A stretch of DNA of 64,000 bases, taken from NCBI GenBank assembly GCA_964220295.1, contig CAXPUM010000015.1, forward strand, positions 7,761 to 71,760, given 5' to 3'. The notes beneath the pieces were generated by a model. It saw nothing but the letters and a program-made list of their open reading frames with translations. It ran no database searches and was not told the DNA's origin. The stretch comes from Flavobacteriaceae bacterium (GTDB lineage: Bacteria; Bacteroidota; Bacteroidia; Flavobacteriales; Flavobacteriaceae). A program made the translations under genes and the position numbers. Of the stretch, positions 17,626-26,884 are shown piece after piece (position 1 is the first letter of the stretch; the number at the start of each line of letters is the position of its first letter).

Positions 17626-20607
17626 TTAAAATTTAAAATCTAATCCTAAAAGGATCTGGGTTGTAGATGGATAATAGCTTCTGGAAGCATTAATTCCAGG
17701 ATATAAACCATTGAACGGATAGGAATCTGGATCTCCGCCTGAAAAGTTCGTAAAGGTTGCCACATTATTTGCTGAAGCGTATATTCTTAACGAATTGGCA
17801 AATTTATCTTCTAGATTTAAGGTATACCCTAAAGTTACAGTTTCCAATTTCACAAAATCCCCTGATTCCAGAAAATAATCAGACACTGAAGAAATTGTGG
17901 TAAAGTTTGTTAGATCTGAATACGGACTATTGCCGTCGTAGGCAGATGTTAAAACATTTGCTTCGTTAGGGGTTACAGGTGTTCCTATGTAAAATCCTAA
18001 AGTGTTGAAAAGCTCATAATCAAATTTCCCTCTAAAGAATACACCAGCATCCCAATTTTTGTAGGTGAATTGATTGCTAAGACTTACATTGTATCTAGGT
18101 AAGCCGTTCCCCACATATTGTCTATCATCGTATACTGCTTTATCTCCGGTAATTACGTCACCATCTTGATTATAGACCAATAGTTCCCCTTGATCACTAA
18201 CTCCGGCCGATCTATACATATAGAAAGAGCCAATTCTCCTGCCCTCTTCAAGACGTTGTGAATTTCCCGGTGATCCTGGAGCAGGCAATCCTACTACATC
18301 AATAAAATCCTGTCCTTCATACTGAGAATTTGAAAAAGACACGAACTTATTTTCAATCGTTGAACCTGCAAAAGAAACTTTATAATTAAAATCTTCGCTA
18401 CGAACAACGTCTGCATTCAATTGTAATTCAAATCCTGAATTTTCCATTGTTCCAACATTCGCATATGTTTGGTCTACGATATTAGGCGGTAACTGGACGG
18501 GATAATATCCAAGTAAATCTTCATTCTTACGTTTGTAATAATTAAAAGACCCAGTTATTCTATCAAATAATCCAAAATCAAGTCCGATATTGGTATTTAA
18601 GGCCTTTTCCCATTTAAGATTATAATTTGTATTCTGATTAGGTCCCCAAACTTGGTAATATGACCCGTTTAAAGGATAGTACCCAAAACCGGTGTAGGTA
18701 TCTAAGGAAAGATAATTTCCGAAGTCCTGATTACCAGTTTCACCATAATCTGCTCTTATCTTTAACTCATCTATCCATGACAAATCATCCATAAATTCCT
18801 CCTCATCAATTCGCCATCCTACAGATACTGCTGGGAAATATCCCCACTTATTGTCATATCCAAATTTTGAAGAACCTTCATATCTTAAACTTGCAGACAT
18901 CAAATATTTATTATCAAAATCGTAATTCAGTCTTCCGAAGAAAGCAATCAATTTTGAACTATTTTTGAAACTGCCCAAACCTAGGCGCCCTTCCTCTTCT
19001 TGATTGTAAAGTCCGCTTCCTAAATTATTATAAGTAAATGCGTCACTGGGAAAGTTACGGTTGGAAGCACTAATTCCCGATGATTGAAAATACTGATACG
19101 AATATCCTCCCAGAAGTTTAAATGAATGTTTTCCCAGCTCTGTATTATAATTCCCAGTCCATTCTAAACTTTTCGTATCATATTTGTTATAAGCTCTACT
19201 GGCAGAGTTTTCCCCTTCATCAAAATTAATTGCAATACTAGAAGTAGATGGCCTAAAGAAAAAATCAAAATAATCTGAAGTTGACTGCCCTATCGTAATT
19301 TGAGTATTCAAATTCGAGAGTAAATTCAATTTAAAAGTCCCATTCCAATCTAAAACCTTTTCTTCTGAACCTGATTGTTCCAGATTAAGCATTTCTACGA
19401 TGTTTGAAGGATCATCATAACCCTGCTGAATATTTGTATAGCCGCTGGGTGATAACGAATCTCTAACCGGAATCGTTGGATTTAAGGTAAGAGTACGACC
19501 AAATACACCATAATCAGCGTTATTTCTTTTGGCATATCTCGGCGCCAGATTAAGCGATACTTCATAAAGTCCGTTTTCTGCCTTATGATTTAAAACGACT
19601 CGCGCGCCATATTCCTCACGGGAAGATCTAATATCAATTCCTTCGGCATCTTTATAATCAATCGTTGCTCTATAATTTATTGTATTACTTCCGCCAGATA
19701 TACTAAATGTATGTTTTTGAACCATAGCAAAACTTCTGGTTATTTCGTTCATCCAATCGGTGTTACCGCCAAAATCGCTCCCTCTCTCATTTTCTAAATA
19801 TTCAGCAGCAGTTAAGGGTTCAAGAGTATTTCCTGCAAGAACATCTAACGATACGTAATAATTGTACTGAGCAGTTGGCTTTCCACTCCCTGTTTTTGTA
19901 GTAATTAATATAACCCCATTACTTCCTCTTGTTCCATAAATTGCGGAAGCTGCCCCGCCTTTTAGCACATCAATAGACTTTATATCATTTTGATTAATTC
20001 CTTGTAAACTCCCACCAGGAAAACCGTTTATGACAATTAGAGGGCCCAATCCGGCACTTCTAGATGAAACACCCCTAAGTTGAATACTCGGATTAGAGTT
20101 TGGATCAGCTGCGGAACTATTGTCTATAACCAGACCCGGCACTTTTCCCTGCAATGCCATAATAGGGTTATTCGCAGCGACCGTTAATAATTCATCGCTA
20201 TCAACGTGAGAAATGGAACTTGTAACTTCTCTTTTGTCCAAGGTTCCATATCCTACAACCACTACTTCGTCCATAGCGGCAATGTCTTGTTCTAATTGAA
20301 CAGAAATATCTGTTCGCCCATCTACTGCTACTTCAAGAGTTTTATAACCTAAATAGCTAAAAACCAAAGTGGCATCTGGTGCCGCTTGAATACTGTAATT
20401 TCCATCAAAATCGGTCGTTGTACCGCGTGTGGTTCCCTTTATCATTACATTGATGAATGGCAAAGGTTCCGAATCTTCCCCTACCGATGTGACAGTTCCT
20501 GTTATTTCTTCACCATCTTGTGCAAATCCTGTTGCAGATAGCGAAAGGAAAAACACCAGAAAAACTGCCGAAACAGGCTTTTTAAATACTAGTAGTAATG
20601 TTTTCAT
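17626..20607 (-). CDS. SusC-type TonB-dependent transporter (pair 2)
   Basis: 993 aa. The N-terminal ~115 aa are nearly identical to SusC-1; the remainder is a divergent plug and barrel. The C-terminus ends ...LLGLDFKF. Confidence 0.95.
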   Translation of the reverse strand: MKTLLLVFKKPVSAVFLVFFLSLSATGFAQDGEEITGTVTSVGEDSEPLPFINVMIKGTTRGTTTDFDGNYSIQAAPDATLVFSYLGYKTLEVAVDGRTDISVQLEQDIAAMDEVVVVGYGTLDKREVTSSISHVDSDELLTVAANNPIMALQGKVPGLVIDNSSAADPNSNPSIQLRGVSSRSAGLGPLIVINGFPGGSLQGINQNDIKSIDVLKGGAASAIYGTRGSNGVILITTKTGSGKPTAQYNYYVSLDVLAGNTLEPLTAAEYLENERGSDFGGNTDWMNEITRSFAMVQKHTFSISGGSNTINYRATIDYKDAEGIDIRSSREEYGARVVLNHKAENGLYEVSLNLAPRYAKRNNADYGVFGRTLTLNPTIPVRDSLSPSGYTNIQQGYDDPSNIVEMLNLEQSGSEEKVLDWNGTFKLNLLSNLNTQITIGQSTSDYFDFFFRPSTSSIAINFDEGENSASRAYNKYDTKSLEWTGNYNTELGKHSFKLLGGYSYQYFQSSGISASNRNFPSDAFTYNNLGSGLYNQEEEGRLGLGSFKNSSKLIAFFGRLNYDFDNKYLMSASLRYEGSSKFGYDNKWGYFPAVSVGWRIDEEEFMDDLSWIDELKIRADYGETGNQDFGNYLSLDTYTGFGYYPLNGSYYQVWGPNQNTNYNLKWEKALNTNIGLDFGLFDRITGSFNYYKRKNEDLLGYYPVQLPPNIVDQTYANVGTMENSGFELQLNADVVRSEDFNYKVSFAGSTIENKFVSFSNSQYEGQDFIDVVGLPAPGSPGNSQRLEEGRRIGSFYMYRSAGVSDQGELLVYNQDGDVITGDKAVYDDRQYVGNGLPRYNVSLSNQFTYKNWDAGVFFRGKFDYELFNTLGFYIGTPVTPNEANVLTSAYDGNSPYSDLTNFTTISSVSDYFLESGDFVKLETVTLGYTLNLEDKFANSLRIYASANNVATFTNFSGGDPDSYPFNGLYPGINASRSYYPSTTQILLGLDFKF

Positions 20608-21005
20608 TGAAATTCATTTAAAAAAATTTAAGTTTTTAGTTAATTGATTTTTAACATCTCTTAAAGATGTGGGTGCTTTTCAGATACTCATGTTTTCGTA
20701 ATTTTACTAAATCGATATAGTTATTAAATCAATAATTAAGAAATCGGTCGTTTAGTAATAGTTTAATAATTCGCTTAAAATTTTAGAGATTTGAATGCTT
20801 AAGCAATGTATTATGAAGACTTCGAAATTGATTCAGCTCATTGTCTCAATTTTTATCCATAACAGGTCAAACTCTAACTAAAAGTTAAATTCGTATATTG
20901 ACTGAGACGATTTATCGAATATTGAGACAAAATGAACAAATGCATTTGGTATCTTGAGCTTATAAAGAATTGAAATTGCAAAAATTACTCTTTTACATTC
21001 TCATT
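20250..21005. repeat. Copy B of the ~0.75-kb direct duplication; this is the functional context, with a divergent SusC-2/HTCS intergenic region
   Basis: See copy A. It includes the SusC-2 5' end, the 362-nt intergenic region and the true HTCS start. Confidence 0.9.
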
Positions 21006-24000
21006 ATCAGCACTTTCCTGAAAATTCAGGCTCAGGATTATTATTTCAAAAATTATCAGGTAGAAGATGGCTTATCCCACAACACCATTACATCATCTCT
21101 ACAGGATCATCGTGGATTTCTGTGGTTTGGAACAAAAGACGGTCTAAATAGATTCGACGGATATAATTTCAAGGTTTTCAGATATCGTCCAGAAGAAGAT
21201 TTTGGCCTGGGTAGTAATTTTATTAGGACCCTTCACGAATTTGGAAATAACATCTGGGTAGGAACAGATAACGGTCTTTATAGGTATAATGAAGAACTGG
21301 AGCAATTTCATTTAATAAAAAGTTCAGCGAACCAACCTATATTGGATATTGAAAATGATGATCAGGGAAACCTTTGGTTTATTGCAGGTGGAGTTATTTA
21401 CAAATTAAACCCAGAGACTTCCGCAATAGAAAGTTTTAAAACCCCTTACGCATGGTGGATCATAAAGGATCATTCAGGTAAGATCTGGATGACGACTCAG
21501 GACACCTTTTACCTATTCGACAGAACCGCAAATCAATTCAAAGAAAAGGATATAGATTTCGGGTTATCCAAGACTTTCCCTTTTATCGTAACCAAAATTC
21601 AGCCCACCGCAGCCAATCAATTACTCATAGGTACAAAGTATCATGGTGCATTTTGGTATGATCCAAAATCACAAAGAACGAGTGCCGTACTTCCAAAAGG
21701 GCTGGACCCGCTATACGTAAGGGATTTTGCTTTTAGGAATAAAGAAGAACTTTGGATTGCTACAGAATCAGGAATTTTCATTTATAATACCAAAACCGAA
21801 CAGTATCAAAATCTAAAAAAAAGCTACAATAATCCTTATGCCCTATCAGATAATGCCATTTATAGCATCATGATTGATCAGGAAGGTGGAGCCTGGATTG
21901 GAACCTATTTTGGAGGCATCAATTATTACCCAAAACCTTATACTCCATTTAAAAAATATTTTCCGAAGGTTGGAGAAAACAGCATTAGTGGAAATGCCGT
22001 ACGGGAAATTCATGAGGATAAATATGGAAAATTGTGGATTGGAACGGAAGATGCCGGATTAAACAGGTTTGATCCGAAAACTGGCGAATTTTACAATATT
22101 CCGCAGCAAAACTTATCTCATTATAATATCCATGGGATTTTGCCTTTGAACGATGAGCTTTGGGTAGGAACTTTCGAACATGGACTAGATGTTTTAGATG
22201 TCAGAACTGGTAAAAAGATCAGGCATTACGAAGCTGATAATGAAAATTCTTTACAAAGCGATTTTGTGCTTGACATTTTTCAGGCCAGCGACAAAACACT
22301 TTACATCTGCACCTCATTCGGACTTTATCAGTATGATCAAAAAAACGATAATTTTAAAGTTGTAGATGGTTTCCCGGTAGATCACCATTATTCTTATATG
22401 GCTGAAGATTTTGACGGAACTCTGTGGGCTGGTTCTTACTGGGACGGGTTATTTTATTACAATCCGAAAACGGGAAACAAAGGAATTTTCAAACACGAAA
22501 ATAACAACGACGGAAGCATCAGTAGCAATGTTGTAAACGGTGTTTACCTGGATAGCAGAAATAATTTATGGATTACCACCGAAAACGGACTTAATCTATA
22601 TGATCGGAAAAATACCAATTTTCAGAAGTTCACAACCAATGAAGGCTTACCTACCAATGTGATCTATTCAATACTCGAAGATGAAAACGGAGATCTATGG
22701 ATCAGTACTTCGAATGGGATAGCTCAGATGAATGGAAAAACATATGAGATTAAAACCTACAATACGGCAAACGGATTATTGACCGATCAATTTAATTACA
22801 GCTCAGCATACAAGGCAAAGGATGGCACGATGTATTTCGGAAGCGTAGACGGCATGATTAGTTTTAATCAGGAAAATTTCACTGATAATACCAATACTTC
22901 ACCCGTTCTATTCACAGATCTGCAAATTAATAATAAAGAAGTTTTAGTGAATGCTAAAGACTCACCTTTACAGGAATCAATCAATTTTCAGGATAAGATT
23001 ACCCTGGACCACGATCAATCATCTTTTAGCCTGGAATTTACAAATCTGAGTTATTCTTCAGCTGAAATGACCGAATATTGGTATAAAATGGATGGTCTTC
23101 AAAACGACTGGGTCTATTTGGGTAGAGAGCACCGCATTTTCTTTACAGAGCTTCCGCCTGGGGATTATATTCTTCAGGTTAAATCTAAGAACGGTTTTGG
23201 TTCTTTCAGTAAACAAAACGCGAAACTGGGAATAGAAGTACTTCCTCCAATTTGGCTAAGCCCATGGGCAAACGCGTTATACACGATACTGGTTCTACTT
23301 TTCATTTATTTCTCAGTGCGCTATTACCACAGGTATCTAAAGGAAAAAAACCAGCAGCGCTTTGCCATATTTCAAAATCAGAAAGAAAAAGAGATTTACC
23401 AGGCTAAAATCCAGTTCTTCACCAATGTCGCCCATGAGATCAGGACTCCGTTGACGCTGATCAAGGCGCCACTGGAAAAAATGAGAACGCTCATGAATAA
23501 CCAGACCAATGATTTTGGTGAAAATGTAGCGATCATGGAAAAAAACACCTCTCGGCTTTTGAACCTGGTAAACGAATTATTGGACTTTAGAAAAACGGAA
23601 AGTCAGACACTGAAATTAACCTTCATTAAAACCGATGTGAAGAAATTAGTTTTCGATAGTTACCAGCGTTTCAAACCAATGATTGAAGAAAAACAGATCG
23701 ATTTTGAGCTGAATATGACTGAAAATGAGGTTGTTGCCTATGTAGACCAGGAAGGCTTGAAAAAAATTCTAAGCAACCTCTTCAATAACGCGGTAAAATT
23801 TTCGGAGAAAAGGGTGACAGTTCAGTTAAAGGCTAATGAGCAGACCTTCGAATTATATGTAGAAAATGACGGACCTGTTATACCCGAAACGTACGCTGAA
23901 AAGATTTTTGAGCCTTTTTTCAGGGTTTCTGAAAATGATGGATTTGGCGGAACAGGAATAGGTCTTTCTCTGGCTCATTCACTCGCTTCACTGCATAATG

Positions 24001-24908
24001 GTAAACTCTCACTGGAAAAGACCAATCCAGAATTGAACACATTTTTACTAAAAATCCCGATTCACCAGCAGGAAGAATTCTATTTCTACGAACCCCAGGT
24101 CCAGGAAAACGAAGAAATTGAAATTACCACGAGTCTGGAACCGGAAGAAAAAGCGAACGTGCTGATAGTTGAAGATAATACGGACCTTCTGGAATTCTTA
24201 AATAAGGAATTAAAAGACTTCTACCATGTTTTTAAAGCCGATAATGCTCAGAAGGCCATGGAAATCGTTCAAAATGAAAATATACAGCTTGTATTAAGTG
24301 ATATTTCCATGCCGGGCACCGATGGATACTCACTTTGTAAAACGATCAAGAACGACCTCTCATCCAGTCACATTCCTGTTATACTATTAACAGCAAAGAG
24401 CGCATTAGATTCTAAAATTGCTGGTCTTGAAAGCGGTGCAGATAGCTACATCACCAAACCTTTTTCAATAGAATTTGTAAAAGCACAAATAAATTCCTTG
24501 CTTCAAAACCGTAAGAATGTTATGGAGTATTTTGCAAGTACCCCCCTTTCTCATATTAAAAGCATAGCCAATTCTAAAAAGGATGTTTCTTTTCTGTCCA
24601 AGCTGGATGAAGTTATTTATAGTCACCTTGCTGATTCCGATTTGAGCGTAGAAACTTTGGCTGATATTATGAATATGAGTCGTTCCAGCCTGTATCGAAA
24701 AATCAGAGACTTGTCCAATCTTACTCCGAATGAACTGATCAATTTAGCACGTCTGAAAAAAGCTGCAGAATTGCTTAATTCCGGAGAATTTAAGATTTAT
24801 GAAGTTTCAGAAAAGGTAGGTTATAAGTCTCAGACCAGCTTCGGAAGAAACTTCCAGAAACAGTTTAATATGACCCCTTCCGAATATATGAATTCCACGA
24901 AGACCTAA
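20970..24908 (+). CDS. Hybrid two-component system (HTCS) sensor kinase/response regulator with an AraC-type HTH output
   Basis: 1312 aa. It has a signal peptide and repeated beta-propeller motifs (W.GT..GL..Y, two propellers plus a Y_Y_Y region). A TM segment (ALYTILVLLFIYF) is followed by HisKA (FFTNVAHEIRTPLTLI), HATPase, REC (VLIVEDN...LVLSDISMPGTDG) and a C-terminal AraC HTH. The apparent start is TTG (20970 or 20976), with no nearby ATG. Confidence 0.92.
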   Translation: MKLQKLLFYILIISTFLKIQAQDYYFKNYQVEDGLSHNTITSSLQDHRGFLWFGTKDGLNRFDGYNFKVFRYRPEEDFGLGSNFIRTLHEFGNNIWVGTDNGLYRYNEELEQFHLIKSSANQPILDIENDDQGNLWFIAGGVIYKLNPETSAIESFKTPYAWWIIKDHSGKIWMTTQDTFYLFDRTANQFKEKDIDFGLSKTFPFIVTKIQPTAANQLLIGTKYHGAFWYDPKSQRTSAVLPKGLDPLYVRDFAFRNKEELWIATESGIFIYNTKTEQYQNLKKSYNNPYALSDNAIYSIMIDQEGGAWIGTYFGGINYYPKPYTPFKKYFPKVGENSISGNAVREIHEDKYGKLWIGTEDAGLNRFDPKTGEFYNIPQQNLSHYNIHGILPLNDELWVGTFEHGLDVLDVRTGKKIRHYEADNENSLQSDFVLDIFQASDKTLYICTSFGLYQYDQKNDNFKVVDGFPVDHHYSYMAEDFDGTLWAGSYWDGLFYYNPKTGNKGIFKHENNNDGSISSNVVNGVYLDSRNNLWITTENGLNLYDRKNTNFQKFTTNEGLPTNVIYSILEDENGDLWISTSNGIAQMNGKTYEIKTYNTANGLLTDQFNYSSAYKAKDGTMYFGSVDGMISFNQENFTDNTNTSPVLFTDLQINNKEVLVNAKDSPLQESINFQDKITLDHDQSSFSLEFTNLSYSSAEMTEYWYKMDGLQNDWVYLGREHRIFFTELPPGDYILQVKSKNGFGSFSKQNAKLGIEVLPPIWLSPWANALYTILVLLFIYFSVRYYHRYLKEKNQQRFAIFQNQKEKEIYQAKIQFFTNVAHEIRTPLTLIKAPLEKMRTLMNNQTNDFGENVAIMEKNTSRLLNLVNELLDFRKTESQTLKLTFIKTDVKKLVFDSYQRFKPMIEEKQIDFELNMTENEVVAYVDQEGLKKILSNLFNNAVKFSEKRVTVQLKANEQTFELYVENDGPVIPETYAEKIFEPFFRVSENDGFGGTGIGLSLAHSLASLHNGKLSLEKTNPELNTFLLKIPIHQQEEFYFYEPQVQENEEIEITTSLEPEEKANVLIVEDNTDLLEFLNKELKDFYHVFKADNAQKAMEIVQNENIQLVLSDISMPGTDGYSLCKTIKNDLSSSHIPVILLTAKSALDSKIAGLESGADSYITKPFSIEFVKAQINSLLQNRKNVMEYFASTPLSHIKSIANSKKDVSFLSKLDEVIYSHLADSDLSVETLADIMNMSRSSLYRKIRDLSNLTPNELINLARLKKAAELLNSGEFKIYEVSEKVGYKSQTSFGRNFQKQFNMTPSEYMNSTKT

Positions 24909-26854
24909 AACTTCACCCTGGCGAAGGCTTCCATTGCCTCATAATCTGCAAATCCCAGATCGTGATAGACCTTCGCAGTATGCCTGTTTCGCTCCTCTGC
25001 CCTCACCCAGAATTCCCTTTCATCATCTCCAGGAAATACAGGAGTATCTTTCTGCGACTGGTGCTGAAAGATTGCCTGTCTCTTTGAAAGAACTTCCAAA
25101 GGTGATAATGGCACCGCCATTTCAATTTCGTCAATATCAAATTCCTGCCAGGCACCACGATAGATCCACAGCCAGCAATCCTTCACCCAATCTTCAGTTT
25201 TTTTCAGCTCGAGTAAAGCTTCTTTAATTATATTGAAACAAACGATATGGGTCCCATGCGGATCGGCAAAGTCGCCGGCCGCGAATATCTGGTGTGGTTT
25301 TATATCATTTAATAATTTTTTGGTCTGCTCAATATCTTCGGAATAATCTTTTGGCTTTCGATGTTTCCCAATCTCGTAAAATGGTAGATTCATGAAATGA
25401 ATATGATCGTCTTTTAGCCCGGCATACCTGGCAGCTGCAGTAGCTTCTGTTTTCCTGATCAATCCTTTTGTCTTTAAAATTTCTTCCAGGTCTACGTCAT
25501 TCGGTTTTTTATCTTTAATAAACTCGCGCATTTTTCCGTAGATATCCCGCAACTTGGAGCTGTCCATTTTTAGGGTATCATTAAGATCAATGGCAAACTC
25601 GATGTAACGTAGCACATCCGTATCCCAAACCGCGGTATTGCCGGTAGTTTGATAAGCCACATGCACATCATGCCCCTGGTCTACTAACCTGATAAAGGTT
25701 CCTCCCATGGATATAACATCATCATCTGGATGCGGACTAAAAACAAGGCTTCTCTTCTTTTCAGGAACTGCTCGTTCCGGGCGGTTCGTAGCGTCAGCAT
25801 TTGGCTTTCCTCCAGGCCAGCCTGTAATAGTATGCTGCAGTTGGTTAAAAACCTGGATATTGATATCGTACGCCGGTTTCTCAATGATCATCTGGGCCAT
25901 TCCATATTCTCGATAATCATCATCTGTTAGTTTCAGTATAGATTTATTCAGCGTTTTTGCCAGCCAGATAACCGCTTTCTTGATCAGCCTATCATCCCAA
26001 ATACAATCTCTAACCAGCCATGGCGTTGCGAAACGTGTTAAAGCTGAAGCAGCATCTTCATCTACCACGAAATTCACACGATCGGCCGTTTGGAGATAGG
26101 TGGCCGGAACTTTACTATCAACAGGACCTTCCACAGCTTTGGCAACGATATCGGCCTTTTTCTTATTCCAGGCCAAAAGGATGATTTCCCTCGCCTTAAA
26201 GATGGTACCAATACCCATTGTTATTGCCTTCCGCGGAACATTTTCATATCCTCCAAAATCACGAGCGGCATCCCTCCTGGTCAATTCATCTAAAGTTACA
26301 AGCCTGGTACCTGAATTAGGAGCCGAACCCGGCTCATTAAAACCAATATGCCCGGTTCTACCAATCCCCAACAGTTGAAAATCCAGTCCTCCCAAATCGG
26401 AGATTTTTCGCTCATAAGCCAGACAGTATTCCTCAATTTCATCCATTTCCAAAGATCCGTCGGGAATGTTGATCTGATCCTTCGGTATGTCTATATGCTC
26501 AAAAAGATTCTCTTTCATATAACGCACATAACTCTGGCGTGCATCAGCCTCCATCGGGTAATATTCATCCAGGTTAAAGGTGATGACATTTTTAAAGCTC
26601 AGACCCTCATCCTGATGAAGTTTGATCAATTCATCATACACATCAAGCGGCGAGGCTCCAGTGGCAAGTCCCAGAACCGCCATCTCGCCGGTTTCCTGCT
26701 TTGCCTTGATCACAGCAGCGATACGATTGGCAACATCTTTAGAAGCGGCGACCTGGTCTTTAAAAACCGATACCGGAACTTTTTCAAAACGTGTTTCTTC
26801 GAGCAAGTTCAGCCGTTTTACTGAACCGAAGTGAGAATCTGATTGCTTAGTCAT
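24905..26854 (-). CDS. nagB: Long-form glucosamine-6-phosphate deaminase: NagB domain fused to a C-terminal LmbE/PIG-L-like deacetylase-fold domain
   Basis: 649 aa. The NagB motifs are LGLATGASP and LGIGRTGHIGFNEPGS. The C-terminal half has the LmbE signature SPHPDDDVISMGG plus FADPHGTH. Confidence 0.88.
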   Translation of the reverse strand: MTKQSDSHFGSVKRLNLLEETRFEKVPVSVFKDQVAASKDVANRIAAVIKAKQETGEMAVLGLATGASPLDVYDELIKLHQDEGLSFKNVITFNLDEYYPMEADARQSYVRYMKENLFEHIDIPKDQINIPDGSLEMDEIEEYCLAYERKISDLGGLDFQLLGIGRTGHIGFNEPGSAPNSGTRLVTLDELTRRDAARDFGGYENVPRKAITMGIGTIFKAREIILLAWNKKKADIVAKAVEGPVDSKVPATYLQTADRVNFVVDEDAASALTRFATPWLVRDCIWDDRLIKKAVIWLAKTLNKSILKLTDDDYREYGMAQMIIEKPAYDINIQVFNQLQHTITGWPGGKPNADATNRPERAVPEKKRSLVFSPHPDDDVISMGGTFIRLVDQGHDVHVAYQTTGNTAVWDTDVLRYIEFAIDLNDTLKMDSSKLRDIYGKMREFIKDKKPNDVDLEEILKTKGLIRKTEATAAARYAGLKDDHIHFMNLPFYEIGKHRKPKDYSEDIEQTKKLLNDIKPHQIFAAGDFADPHGTHIVCFNIIKEALLELKKTEDWVKDCWLWIYRGAWQEFDIDEIEMAVPLSPLEVLSKRQAIFQHQSQKDTPVFPGDDEREFWVRAEERNRHTAKVYHDLGFADYEAMEAFARVKF

Positions 26855-26884
26855 GTTGTTGGTTGTTAGTGTTGTGGTTGTAGT

